A stretch of 64,000 nucleotides of DNA, taken from NCBI GenBank assembly GCA_963744145.1, contig CAVUSO010000001.1, positions 640,001 to 704,000 on the forward strand, read 5' to 3'. Shown piece after piece: positions 20,965 through 32,048 of this stretch. A program made the position numbers and the translations under genes. The DNA is from an uncultured cyanobacterium (GTDB lineage Bacteria > Cyanobacteriota > Cyanobacteriia > Cyanobacteriales > CAWUOF01). Within the stretch, counting starts at the first letter, position 1. The number at the start of each line of letters is the position of its first letter. The notes beneath the pieces were generated by a model. The model was not told the DNA's origin. It saw nothing but the letters and a program-made list of their open reading frames with translations, and ran no database searches.

Positions 20965-23356
20965 TTAAAAAATTGGTAATAATAAGGTTTTTTCAATTTC
21001 CTGACGCACTAATGGATTAATATCACCATCACTATAGAGACAATCTACTAGTAATTTATTCGCATCATAATATTGTTTAAGAATTTGCTTTTGTGATTGA
21101 TCAAATTGCCAATAATATTTTTTCTGAGTATGGATTCTCAACAGATTTTTTAATTGTTCAATCCAGTCTAAACCAGAGTTTTGCCACCAATGATTAATTA
21201 AATTTGCATCTCCTGAAAAATCAGGAACTTGCGCGTTTAGTTGGTTCAGCGATCGTTGTAATTCCAGTGCTTGGTCATCATCCAAAATTAAATTAAACTG
21301 AATTGCATAATCAATCGTTTGGGCTATAATGTTAATTCGACTCAGAGCTTTACTCAAGATCTGGTCAGGCATATTTTGGTCATAGTCACTCGGAAAATTA
21401 AAGTTAATTACACCTTGATTAACTGCAAAATCTCGATCAATAGTATAAGCTAGAGACAGATATAATGGCAAGGGAAAGTAAGCAAAATTGGGAAAGGGCA
21501 AATTAGCAGGACCAAGATTAAAGCTACTACTTAAGTGATGATCGATCGCGCGAACTAGAGAAAAGTAAAATGCTCGAAGTGCTGCTGGTTTAGCACTGAT
21601 TCCGCTAGTTTCAGCTTTCGAGTTAATCCAGATCAGTAACTGCTGTAATTTTTCATCTTCCTTAGCGATCGCATCAATATTTTCTTTCATTAATAACAGT
21701 AGTTCATCCGCTGGAATTAACATAGCTGTAGCTAGTAAAAATACCTCTCTCCAGCGGTTTTCAGTAACATGACTTGCCAATTTTTTGAGAGTGTTAATTC
21801 CCCCAGTAGTCATTTGTTTAGCTGTAAAATATTCCTGAAAAGTTAGATGAGAAAAAGAATAAATACGTCGCGCTCTTTCTACCATTAATCCATGCTGGGA
21901 TTCTAGGGATTTTAGCACTGCTTTACTTTCTATTTGCCATCCTACTGAGGTATTATTATAATTTTGTTTCTCTTGAAAATAGTCGGCAATTAATTTCTGA
22001 ATTTTTGTTTGCTCAAAGAAATATTCTCCCGCTTCAAAGGTATAAGCTGCTAAATAACTGAGTAATTGAATTTTATCTGCTTGAGATAAATCTTGATAAT
22101 AATCATCGCGCTCTATTCCTCTAGTTTTATCCCATTTTACTAATAAAATATCCAGTCCTTCTTCATAAAGTTTCACTCGTTGGGAGGGAAAATCAGTTTT
22201 TGCTCTAAATACTAAACAGGTTAAATTCAGTAATAAGGGAGTCACCGCTAATTCGCGAATTTGCTGGTTTTCTGGAACGTTTTAATTTTTCCATAAACTG
22301 AGATGCTTGTGCTAATCCTTCGGTCACCGATTGTCCAGCTACTGCCACAAACCATTTTTGGGCAAAATGTTCAATTTGTTCAATGGTAAAATCTGCTATT
22401 TCTACCTCAGTAAATCCAGTAAATCTGTATTCTTGGGCTGCAATCCGACAGGTGATAATAAATTTATTTTTGTGATATTTTTCCGAAAATTTGCGAATTT
22501 GTTTGATAATTTCTTCCTGATTTTTTTCGGTAACTTCATCTAGCCCATCTAATAAAATTAATCCTCTTCCTTGATTGAGGATGGTTTCAATGTCGCTTAA
22601 TTTTACGCCCGAATTCTCAAATTTTTGTTCGATATAGTTAAGAAAATTAAATTTTTCGCTCTGATCGCCATCTTCAGCAAAATCTTTAAGTATAATAAAA
22701 ATCGGTAATAAGTTAGGGACTAATTTACCTTGAATACATTCAATGGCGAGGTACTGTAAAAAAGTAGTTTTACCTGCTCCTGGTTTACCCAATACTTTTA
22801 ATTTGGGAAATTTCAAGAAAGCATTTAATGCCAATACTTCTTTTTGCAACACTTTCCCTAAACCAAAACGGTCAAATTCATCTTGCTCCGGATTGAAGGT
22901 TTGGCGCAGATCAGCTAGTTCGATCCAGCGATGACTAGAGATTTCTTCCAGAATGTTAACATGAACATAAAGATCATTAAGTTGAATTGGTTGAGCTACA
23001 TCTAATAAACGCAATGTGCCACACTGATCTTGGATCTGCGCTTGACACAGAGTCCGTAACTGTTTAACCAGACTGTCGATCTCAAGGTCGGTGTCCATGG
23101 CTGAAATTTTTAGTTCGGTTATATCATTATCCTTCGGTTGCTCGGCTATTTCTTCCCAATCAAGATCCAACTGAAAACAAATTTCGGTAAAAACTCGACG
23201 ATCAACCGGTTGACAGGCAAAAAAACGGCCAATTGCCTGACGAGTTTTTAGTCCCACTTCGTAGGCTAATTGTTCTTGAGTCCACGCTTTGCGATTAAAA
23301 GCCTTCCTCGCTTTCTGGATACCTTCTAGAGATGCCTGAAGCGATCGCTTGGCCAT
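20965..23356 (-). CDS. HTH-NACHT NTPase (STAND) protein; one frameshift near 22278 joins two ORFs
   Basis: MAKRSLQAS...QEQLA HTH; Walker A GKPGAGKTT; Walker B LILLDGLDE; ITCR; repaired junction LPENQQIRELAVTPLLL; YSFSHLTFQEY; YYDANKLLVDCL C-terminus. Confidence 0.88.
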
Positions 23357-23659
23357 TCCTCTTCTGCCTCCTTTTTTGATATAATAAGACAAATAATACA
23401 ATTTACACCGGATTAAAACGCTTAACCAAACTTGATCTAAATCATGCACCTGGCATAATTGTAATTATTACAACTAGACAGACGGCATCAATCATGCTGT
23501 ACCAAGTGGTCACTGACTTGATTAATTACGACAATGTCTGATAAAAACAGCAGTTAAGGCTAGCTGAGTATCTCAGCTAGTTCATCCTTTTTACTCTGAC
23601 ATTAATTAATCTGCCAATTATTCAGCAAAATTAAACTCTTGTAGTTACGGAGAAATATC

Positions 23660-23942
23660 ATGGCACAACATTTAAGACTCAATTTAAGTGGTGAACAACG
23701 TCTAGAATTGGAAAACGCTCGCGCTCAACATCAACGTCCTTATGTCCGCGAACGGGCTGCTGCCCTTGTTGAAAATTGCTGATGGTCTATCTGGTCGTCA
23801 TGTGGCCCTCTACGGGCTGCTCAAGCGTCGCAAGCCAGATACAGTTTATGATTGGGTACATCGTTATGTCAATCAAGGATTGAATGGATTGTTAGTCCAA
23901 CCAGGACGTGGTAGACGTCCACGTTATTCCCGCAAATCCTAA
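23660..23942 (+). CDS. Stand-alone HTH protein resembling the IS630 transposase N-terminus; +1 frameshift near 23765
   Basis: GGAG RBS; MAQHLRLNLSGEQRLELE...PYVRERAAA / LLKIADG...TVYDWVHRYVNQGLNGLLVQPGRGRRP; no DDE domain follows. Confidence 0.7.
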
Positions 23943-23949
23943 TTAAGTA

Positions 23950-23976
23950 TAGGGGCAATTAATGCCCCTACTTTTT
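23950..23976 (+). terminator. Rho-independent terminator after the HTH gene
   Basis: TAGGGGCA-ATTAA-TGCCCCTA followed by CTTTTT. Confidence 0.7.
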
Positions 23977-24038
23977 GATCAATCAAAAAACTGAGTAAAT
24001 GCAGCTAACCCGAAAAATTCCCAAATCGGGGAATGTAG

Positions 24039-25136
24039 GTGGTGAGAAACCGAGTTTTAATTATTGGGGGTAGGGGTCGGATTGGTCGCAGTGTTGCGGC
24101 TGATTTGGCTAAATATACAGATGCAGAAATTACGATTACTAGTCGCGATCGCCTCACCCAGAAAAATCCCAATTTTCCAGTGCAATTGATCTGTTTAGAT
24201 ATCCAGGATCAAGCTAAATTAGCAGAAGCGATCGCATCTCATCACCTGATTATCAATTGTGCTGGTCCTTTTCATGATCGTCAGCCTCAAGTTTTAGAAA
24301 TCTGTATCCAAACGGGTGTTAACTATTTAGATGTTAGTGATGATCGTGCTTTTACAATTAAAGCTATTTCTCACCAAAAAGCAGCGCAATTAGCCGGGAT
24401 AACTGCGATCATAAATACGGGAATTTTTCCCGGTATATCTAATAGTATGGTGCGTCAGGGAGTGGAAAAATTCGATCAACCGGAACTCATTCATCTCAGC
24501 TATGTAGTCGCAGGATCTGGGGGTGCAGGAGTAACAGTGATGCGAACTACATTTTTAGGTTTACAACGACAATTTTCTGCTTGGATAGATGAAAAATGGC
24601 AAGAGATCAAACCCTATAGCGATCGAGAAATAATTTATTTTCCATCTCCCTATCATCATCTAGGAGTTTACTGGTTTGATCTCCCCGAAGCTTTTACCTT
24701 ACGAGAAACATTTCCTGTGAAAACTGTGATTACTAAATTTGGTTCAGTTCCAGATTTTTATAATCAGATGACTTGGATGGTTGCTCATTTATGTCCTCGG
24801 AGTTGGTTACAAAATCCGCAAGTAATTGAATTTTTAGCTCAGGTTAGTTATGGAATGACTAATATTACCAATTATTTTACTGGAATTGGGGTGGCGATTC
24901 GGGCGGAGGTAACTGGCAAAAAAGATGGTAAAACTGCTACTTTTTGTGGAACTTTAGTACATGAAAATACTGCTATTGCTGCGGGAATTGGTACTGGTAG
25001 TATTGCTGAACTGCTCCTAGCTGGGAAAATAGCTCAACCAGGAGTCTGGTCAGTTGAACAAGCACTCCCTAGTGATTTATTTGAGCAAGCGATGCACAGA
25101 CGTGGTATAAATATTCAACAATCATGGCAATCTTAA
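24039..25136 (+). CDS. Saccharopine dehydrogenase-like NAD(P)-binding oxidoreductase
   Basis: VLIIGGRGRIG, INCAGPF, NYLDVSD, TGIFPGISN. Confidence 0.88.
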   Translation: MVRNRVLIIGGRGRIGRSVAADLAKYTDAEITITSRDRLTQKNPNFPVQLICLDIQDQAKLAEAIASHHLIINCAGPFHDRQPQVLEICIQTGVNYLDVSDDRAFTIKAISHQKAAQLAGITAIINTGIFPGISNSMVRQGVEKFDQPELIHLSYVVAGSGGAGVTVMRTTFLGLQRQFSAWIDEKWQEIKPYSDREIIYFPSPYHHLGVYWFDLPEAFTLRETFPVKTVITKFGSVPDFYNQMTWMVAHLCPRSWLQNPQVIEFLAQVSYGMTNITNYFTGIGVAIRAEVTGKKDGKTATFCGTLVHENTAIAAGIGTGSIAELLLAGKIAQPGVWSVEQALPSDLFEQAMHRRGINIQQSWQS

Positions 25137-25187
25137 TTTTGATTATATTCTTACCATCTAACGCAACATCGAAAATATAATTTTAGA

Positions 25188-25604
25188 ATGGAATTAATCA
25201 ATTATCTGCTCACGCACTATGGTGGTGAATATGATGACAAAATGGAGATTTATGCTAAGTTAGGTGTTTTGTATTATGTCATCTATAATCCTTACTATTG
25301 GCAGCGCGATCGCCATCAACCTTTAGAAATTTATCGGTTAGTAAATCAAGTCTATCAACTGCAAAGTGGGGAACCATTTTGGATGTCAGAAATTGGGTTA
25401 GGAATTGGGAGAGGTAGCTATATAGATGGAGACTCTGAACTAGAGGTACTATATTGGTTTGATCAGCAAGGTAATCGCTATTTGACTACAGCAGAAAGAG
25501 CAATCCAAGCTGAACAAAAAGCTACCGAAGTGGAACAAAGAGCTAGACAAGTGGAAGAATTACTGGTTAAATATCGAGACAGATTTGGAGAATTACCTGA
25601 ATAA
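25188..25604 (+). pseudogene. 5'-truncated Uma2-family endonuclease
   Basis: GGEYDDKMEIYAKLGVLYYVIYNP...LYWFDQQGNRYLT...AEQ tail; the N-terminal half including the PD motif is absent. Confidence 0.75.
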
Positions 25605-25672
25605 AAACAATCTAATTCAATCAATCAATAACTACTACATCATTCAATCCTGTAGACAAGATGACAAGATGT

Positions 25673-28303
25673 CTAATCTAAATAGGACTTAATTGTTTCA
25701 GCTATAAATGCTACAGTTTGCCCCTTCAATATATCAAAGTGATATTCATCAATATAGTGAATTTTCACTTCTTTCCCTACGATTTCACCCCAACCTAAAT
25801 CAGGATTAAAATAGTGTTTTACATGTTGAGATTCACAACGAAACAGCACTAGAGAACCTGGGTAAACCTTAGCAGTATAATCTCTATGTGCTTGCATATT
25901 GATATCTAAAATTTTTAATAGGAAATCAGGGGTAGAAACTTCATTTTTCGATAACTCTCCCATTAGATGTTTTTTGTAATCATAGTTAGTTAGTCGATAG
26001 ACAGTTCTCTCCCATACATAATTTAACTTTTCTTTGATTCCTTTAATTCGCCAAATATTTCCCAGATGAAGTTTGACAAATCCAGCTAGTGACTTTTCCA
26101 CTTTGACCGAATTAGGAGAATCTTGATCACACACTCCTAAAAAGCTAATTTTTTCTCCTTCAGCATCTAGTTGTTGTGCTATTTCAAATGCGATAATTCC
26201 CCCAAAAGAATAGCCAAACAAAAGATAAGGACCATAAGGTTGAATAGTGCGGATCTCCTTCAGATAACAATTAGCCATATCCGTTACTCGAGTTAAGGGT
26301 TCTTGTTTACCATCTAAACCAACTGATTGGAGACCATAAATCGGTCTATCTTCACTAAGTTGACGAGCTAATTCACCATATTCTAAAACATTGCCACCGA
26401 TCGCATGAATTAAAAATAAAGGTGTTTTTGAACCTTGGGTGTGAATTGGTACTAATGATGACCAAGATGGTGCCCATTCCGCTTGAGCCATTACCTCGGC
26501 AAATTCGGCAATTGTTTGTTTTTGAAATAAGATAGCTAGTGGAAAGTTCTTTCCCCAAACTTTTTCGATTTCATTAAACAACCGAACTGCAACAAAAGAC
26601 TGTCCTCCTAATTCAAAAAAATTATCTGTAACTCCAATTGGTTTAACCCCTAAGACCTTTTCCCAAATTTTTGTTAGTTCAATTTCTAATTCATTTCGAG
26701 GAGCAACAAAACTATCTTCTAAATCTGACCGACTATAATCTGGTGCTGGTAAAGCGTGACGATCAATTTTGCCATTTAAGGTGAGTGGTAGAGACTCTAA
26801 AATTACCAAAGCTGAAGGTATCATGTAGTCGGGTAATTTAGACTGAAGTATGGAACGGAGATCAGCAATCTTAGGTGGGTTAGATCCATGAAGTACCACA
26901 TAAGCAACTATTCCTGGTTCACCACTACTAAGTTTCCGTTGAATTACTACACTTTCACGGACTCCAGGAATCTGACGTAAACAGCTTTCAATTTCCCCTG
27001 GTTCAATCCGCATCCCATTTAATTTAATCTGAAAGTCAGTTCGACCGAGAATTTCTAGGTTACCATCAGGATCAAAACCACCTCGATCGCCTGTTCGATA
27101 AAATCGCTGTTGATCAATAGTAATGTATCTTTCTGCGGTTAATTCCGGTCGATTTAAATATCCTTGGGTAACTCCTGGTCCACTGATATAAACTTCACCA
27201 CTAGTACCAATGGGAACTAGATCCTGTTCTTCGGGATCATAGAGACGAATTGTCACATTAGAAAAAGGTTGTCCAACCAGAGTTTTAGTTACAGGTTGTT
27301 CTCTGGAGACAAAATAGGAGCAACCCATACAACTAACTTCAGTACAGCCATAAATAACATAAATCTCGGCATTAGGGAAGAACTTTTGCATTCCCACCAA
27401 AACATTTACCGGAGCTAGATCACCACCAGTGGAAACATGACGTAGTCCAGCAAATTTAGCAATATCGATCTGATTCTCTTCGATATAATTAAATAGTTTT
27501 TTAAGCAGATTAGGGGAAGCATGGATCACTGTGATCTGCTCTAAGATTTGACACATTCGTCGAAAATCTAGAATTTGTTCCCGGTCTAAAAGGATTAGAG
27601 TACCACCCGCGACTAGAGGGGAGAGAAGTTCAAAGAAAGTAATACTGAAACTGAAACGGGCGATCGCGGGCATGATCATGGTCTGATCAAAACCAAATCT
27701 TTTTTGAGCTACACTAATATAGTATTGTAAATTCCCATAACTGGTCATGACTCCTTTGGGTTTACCAGTAGTTCCTGATGTGTAAACAATGTAAGCAGTC
27801 TGGTTTAAGTTAATTACATGATTGGGATTGTCGGTGGAGCAATGCTCAATCGTAGACCAATCCCGATCGCAACAAAAAATCTTGACCGTTAGGGTGGATA
27901 ATTTTGGTAAGAACTCGGCTTGAGTCAGGATTACCTGCGGTTGGTTGTCTTCTAAAAGCGTAGTGAGTCGATCCTGGGGATAATTGGGATCGAGGGGAAT
28001 ATAAACTCCTCCTGCTTTGAAAATACTCAGTAAAGCTATTCCAACTTCCAAAGATGGTTTGAAAAAAACACTGACCCGAACTTCAGGACCTACTCCCACA
28101 TTGATGAGGAAGTGAGCTAGTTGATTAGCTTGTTGATTTAGTTCCAGATAGGTGAGAGCGCGATCTTCAAACCTTAAAGCAATTGCTGTTGGTTGTTGTT
28201 TAGCATGATTTTCAATTGCTTCATGGAGCATAAAGCGATCGCAGCTATTAACAAAGCTAACCGCTTCCTGAGCATCTGACATAAAATCTTTACCCTGACT
28301 CAA
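25673..28303 (-). CDS. Stand-alone NRPS-like enzyme, A-T-TE, no condensation domain
   Basis: YTSGTTGKPKG, YGCTE, FYRTGD, GRTDFQIK, NGKIDR; PCP motif FFELGGQS; TE motif GYSFGG. Confidence 0.93.
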   Translation of the reverse strand: MSQGKDFMSDAQEAVSFVNSCDRFMLHEAIENHAKQQPTAIALRFEDRALTYLELNQQANQLAHFLINVGVGPEVRVSVFFKPSLEVGIALLSIFKAGGVYIPLDPNYPQDRLTTLLEDNQPQVILTQAEFLPKLSTLTVKIFCCDRDWSTIEHCSTDNPNHVINLNQTAYIVYTSGTTGKPKGVMTSYGNLQYYISVAQKRFGFDQTMIMPAIARFSFSITFFELLSPLVAGGTLILLDREQILDFRRMCQILEQITVIHASPNLLKKLFNYIEENQIDIAKFAGLRHVSTGGDLAPVNVLVGMQKFFPNAEIYVIYGCTEVSCMGCSYFVSREQPVTKTLVGQPFSNVTIRLYDPEEQDLVPIGTSGEVYISGPGVTQGYLNRPELTAERYITIDQQRFYRTGDRGGFDPDGNLEILGRTDFQIKLNGMRIEPGEIESCLRQIPGVRESVVIQRKLSSGEPGIVAYVVLHGSNPPKIADLRSILQSKLPDYMIPSALVILESLPLTLNGKIDRHALPAPDYSRSDLEDSFVAPRNELEIELTKIWEKVLGVKPIGVTDNFFELGGQSFVAVRLFNEIEKVWGKNFPLAILFQKQTIAEFAEVMAQAEWAPSWSSLVPIHTQGSKTPLFLIHAIGGNVLEYGELARQLSEDRPIYGLQSVGLDGKQEPLTRVTDMANCYLKEIRTIQPYGPYLLFGYSFGGIIAFEIAQQLDAEGEKISFLGVCDQDSPNSVKVEKSLAGFVKLHLGNIWRIKGIKEKLNYVWERTVYRLTNYDYKKHLMGELSKNEVSTPDFLLKILDINMQAHRDYTAKVYPGSLVLFRCESQHVKHYFNPDLGWGEIVGKEVKIHYIDEYHFDILKGQTVAFIAETIKSYLD

Positions 28304-28368
28304 GTTATGAGAAAACCTATTACATTATTATATTTCAATATGGTTCAGGAACTCGGCGCAGAAGAAGG

Positions 28369-28545
28369 GTTTACCCGCTCGCGTAGTCGAAGGGTGAAGC
28401 ATTCGGATCTAATATTACTGCCCTTCGACTACGCCCCCTTCGACTACGCTCAGGGTAAACTTCGACTACGCTCAGGGCAAGGCTCAGGGTAAACTCAGGG
28501 TAAAGTTTAATCGCTCAATTGTCGCCCGAATGCTTCACCCCTACA
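28369..28545. repeat. REP-like inverted pair (GGGTGAAGCATTCGG...CCGAATGCTTCACCCCTAC) with nested 24-nt repeats
   Basis: Arms at ~28392 and ~28526; several CCCTTCGACTACGCTCAGGGTAAA units at 28421-28504. Confidence 0.85.
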
Positions 28546-28575
28546 CTTAAATTAACCCAATTATATTATATTTTG

Positions 28576-29664
28576 CTAAAGATTGCCGCGCAGAGCTTGT
28601 TCTTTTTCTAGAGCAATGAATAAAGATTTGAAATTTCCAGCTCCAAAACCTTTACACCCATGTCGCTCAATAATTTCAAAAAATAAGGTGGGGCGATCGG
28701 CAACTGGTGTTGTAAAAGTTTGCAATAAATAACCATCTTGGTCACGATCAATCAAAAGTCCTAATTCTGCTAGATCCTCAATCGGTACATCAATTTCTCG
28801 GACCCAGTCTTCGAGATGATCATAGTATTTTTGGGGAATTTTTAAAAATTCAACTCCACGCTCTTTCATTTCCCGAACTGTTTGGAAAATATTATCAGTA
28901 TTCAAACCTAAATGCTGAATTCCCGGTCCATTGTGATAATCTAAATATTCTTGAATTTGAGACTTTCGTCTTCCGGGTGCAGGTTCATTGATGTTAATAA
29001 TTGTACCGGCGCTATTTTTTAGCACTTTTGACATTAGGGCAGAATATTCTGTAGAAATAGCATTGTCATCATAATGTGTTCGCATCTCAAATCCCAAAGC
29101 TTTGACAAAAATGTTAACCCAGCGATCCATCTCTCCTTTTTCCACATTCCCAACTGTATGATCGATGGATTTTAATCCGACCGAATTACTTTGGGTTGAT
29201 TCTTGCTGTACAAACCCCGGTCCAAATTTATTCGCGTAATGACGGCGATCGATAAATTTAACTAAGGTATCACCAAAAATCTTAATTACTGCAAACTCCA
29301 AGATTCCATTCTCATCTTCTTGTTTAGTTGGTGGAATTGCTGCGATCGCACCCTCAGCTATAGCTTGGGTATAGGTAGTCGTTACATCTGTAACTTCTAA
29401 AGCGACGATCGCGATCGTATCTCCATGCTGAAAAACACTTTGAGAAATTGGATGATCTGAATTTAAAGCCGAACTTATAACAAAGCGAATTTCTCCTTGC
29501 TCCAGCAAATAAGAAGACACCTTACGTTCGCCCGTTTTTAGTCCTTTATGTGCGGTATTGGTAAAGCCAAAATATTTAGTATAAAACCCGCAAGTTTGTT
29601 TAGCATTTCCCACATAAAACTCTAAATGGTCTAGTCGTTTAATTAGATTGTTATTGTTCGTCAT
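28576..29664 (-). CDS. hppD: 4-hydroxyphenylpyruvate dioxygenase
   Basis: DHLEFYVGNAKQ, IDHTVGNV, SQIQEYL, GIQHL, RPTLFFEIIER, GFGAGNFKSLF. Confidence 0.93.
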   Translation of the reverse strand: MTNNNNLIKRLDHLEFYVGNAKQTCGFYTKYFGFTNTAHKGLKTGERKVSSYLLEQGEIRFVISSALNSDHPISQSVFQHGDTIAIVALEVTDVTTTYTQAIAEGAIAAIPPTKQEDENGILEFAVIKIFGDTLVKFIDRRHYANKFGPGFVQQESTQSNSVGLKSIDHTVGNVEKGEMDRWVNIFVKALGFEMRTHYDDNAISTEYSALMSKVLKNSAGTIININEPAPGRRKSQIQEYLDYHNGPGIQHLGLNTDNIFQTVREMKERGVEFLKIPQKYYDHLEDWVREIDVPIEDLAELGLLIDRDQDGYLLQTFTTPVADRPTLFFEIIERHGCKGFGAGNFKSLFIALEKEQALRGNL

Positions 29665-30157
29665 ACTCTCTTATCCTAACCTCGGTATCCTCAAAAAACA
29701 TTCTAGAAATGCTAGAAATGTTAGTAACATCAGTTCGACAGCATCTAAAAAACCAGGAAAATATAAGGTTATTGAATTTAAGCATTTATTAATGGGAAAG
29801 TTTTTACCTAAACTCCCACTAAGCAATCACTTACATTTCCATTCAAATGAAGAGGGTAATTTAGTCAATTGTGGATGAAATACAACTCAAACAAGGAGTA
29901 ACGCCCGATTAATTTTTATGGCATTTTCAACAAATATAAGGTTTTACAGTCTTTTTTTCTTCTTTGCTAGGCTGCTTCTATTCTAATCAGCCATAACTGG
30001 TTTGTCAAGTTAATATCCAAAAATTTTATCCAGGTACTTTTTATACCATTTTAATTACTGAACTAAACTTAAGTTTTATTGGTGTAATTCAATGGTCAGA
30101 ATAATTATTGGTAATACCATTAATAAATTTATGAATTTTTTTATGATTTATTGGTGC

Positions 30158-30186
30158 AAAAAAAACTCCTTAGTAATACCAAGGAG
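30158..30186 (-). terminator. Terminator after ndhD1
   Basis: Minus strand CTCCTTGG-TATTA-CTAAGGAG followed by a T run. Confidence 0.75.
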
Positions 30187-30216
30187 CCATTAAACTATAA
30201 CCAAAAACGATGAGAA

Positions 30217-31803
30217 TTAATGAATCATGGGGGCACGTAAATGCTGTAAAGCCACAGGAGAGAGCTGAGGATTTTTGGCTAAACTAGGCAAGGAATCCCG
30301 CAATCGCTCGGTTAACTGTACAGTGGTCCTATCATAAATCTGAGTCACAATCTTGGGATAGAAACCAATCCCAATTATCGGTACTAACAAGCAAGCAATA
30401 ATAAACACTTCGCGAGGTTCAGCATCAATCAAAGCTTGATGCTCCAGCAATTCCTGATTTTCCGGACCATAGAAAATCTCGCGTAACATGGAAAGTAGAT
30501 AAATGGGAGTTAAAATTACCCCTACTGCGGCGAGGAAAATCACAATGACCTTAAAAGTGGGATTGTAAGCATCACTAGTGGCAAAACCAACAAATACCAT
30601 CAACTCAGCCACAAAACCACTCATACCGGGTAAAGCTAAGGACGCTAACGAACAAGTAGTCCACATCGCAAAAACTTTTTGCATCTTTTTCCCCACACCC
30701 CCCATTTCATCCAACATCAGGGTATGAGTCCGGTCATAAGTACAACCGACCATAAAGAATAGACTGGCTCCAATCAAACCGTGGGAAACCATTTGCAACA
30801 TCGCCCCACTCATGCCCAGATCAGTAAAAGAAGCCATTCCAATTAGCACAAAACCCATGTGGGAAATGGAAGAATAGGCAATTTTCCGCTTCAGATTACG
30901 CTGGGCAAAAGAAGTTAGTGCTGCATAGATAATATTCACAACACCAAGAATTACCAAAATTGGCGCAAACACAGCATGAGCATCAGGTAACATCCCAGCA
31001 TTCATGCGTAACAGTGCGTATCCCCCCATTTTTAGGAGAATACCTGCTAGTAACATATGTGCTGGTGCTGTTGCTTCACCATGAGCATCCGGGAGCCAAG
31101 TATGGAGAGGAAAAATTGGTAACTTTACCCCGTAAGCAATCAAAAAGCCAGCATAGAGTAACAATTGGACATTCAATGCGAAATCCTTATTCGCGATCGC
31201 TCTCATGTCAAAAGTAACTGTATCGCCAGAAAACGCCATTGCCAAAGCAGCTAACAAAATAAACAGCGATCCACCTGCTGTATAGAGAATAAACTTAGTC
31301 GCTGCATATAGACGTTTTTTCCCGCCCCAGATCGCCAGAATTAGGTAAACTGGAACCAATTCCAGTTCCCACACCAGGAAAAAAAACAGCATATCCTGGA
31401 CTGCAAACACGGCGATCTGGCCTCCATACATGGCCAGCATTAAAAAGTAAAACAGTTTCGGCTTGAAAGTAACTGGCCAAGCAGCCAAAGTTGCTAGGGT
31501 AGTAATAAAGCCTGTCAAAATAATCAGGGGCATGGATAAGCCATCTGCCCCTACTGTCCAGTTCAAATCCAACTGGGGCACCCAAGTGTAACTTTCTACC
31601 AGTTGCAAATTGGGATTATGGAAGTCGTATTGGGTATAGAAAGCACCAATAATCAAGGCAAAATCAATTAGCCCCACAATTAGTGCATACCATCGTACTG
31701 TTTTTCCTTCCCGATCGGGGATGAGCGGAATTAAGAGCGCCGCGGCGATCGGAAACAAGATAATGGTAGTTAGCCAGGGAAAATTAGCGATATTCATGGC
31801 CAC
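30217..31803 (-). CDS. ndhD1: NDH-1 subunit 4
   Basis: [30 protein letters not shown]; directly downstream of ndhF1. Confidence 0.95.
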   Translation of the reverse strand: MAMNIANFPWLTTIILFPIAAALLIPLIPDREGKTVRWYALIVGLIDFALIIGAFYTQYDFHNPNLQLVESYTWVPQLDLNWTVGADGLSMPLIILTGFITTLATLAAWPVTFKPKLFYFLMLAMYGGQIAVFAVQDMLFFFLVWELELVPVYLILAIWGGKKRLYAATKFILYTAGGSLFILLAALAMAFSGDTVTFDMRAIANKDFALNVQLLLYAGFLIAYGVKLPIFPLHTWLPDAHGEATAPAHMLLAGILLKMGGYALLRMNAGMLPDAHAVFAPILVILGVVNIIYAALTSFAQRNLKRKIAYSSISHMGFVLIGMASFTDLGMSGAMLQMVSHGLIGASLFFMVGCTYDRTHTLMLDEMGGVGKKMQKVFAMWTTCSLASLALPGMSGFVAELMVFVGFATSDAYNPTFKVIVIFLAAVGVILTPIYLLSMLREIFYGPENQELLEHQALIDAEPREVFIIACLLVPIIGIGFYPKIVTQIYDRTTVQLTERLRDSLPSLAKNPQLSPVALQHLRAPMIH

Positions 31804-31942
31804 TTTAATTTTCTTTAAGCAATCACGTTGCAGTTTAACGCTAATTAATCAGACCAAAGTTGATTTTCGATGAAAAATTTAAGATTTTGTGACGCTGACC
31901 AAGAAATTGGTTTCTCTGAAAATCCTCATTTGTCTATACAAA

Positions 31943-31992
31943 AACCCGGTTTCTCCTCTGTTCGCGATCGTCACGCTCTCAGAAACCGGGTT
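31943..31992. repeat. Inverted repeat AACCCGGTTTCT...AGAAACCGGGTT between ndhF1 and ndhD1
   Basis: Perfect 12-bp arms. Confidence 0.6.
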
Positions 31993-32048
31993 ACTTCACC
32001 AAATTCTTGGTTGATTTAGATATCGATCAGTTGCTCATTAGCGTGTTC

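Noticed and set aside
23660..23942. Active IS630 element
   Set aside because: No DDE catalytic domain or terminal inverted repeats; the ORF is followed by a terminator.
25673..28303. MysE-type mycosporine NRPS
   Set aside because: Same A-T-TE layout, but no mysABC genes nearby and the A domain lacks the Asp needed for amino-acid substrates.
28307..28492. 61-aa ORF with PFDYA repeats
   Set aside because: Translation of the nested 24-nt repeat, not a plausible gene.
28576..29664. Hydroxymandelate synthase (HmaS) call
   Set aside because: The C-terminal motif GFGAGNFKSLF is HPPD-like; not excluded without an assay.
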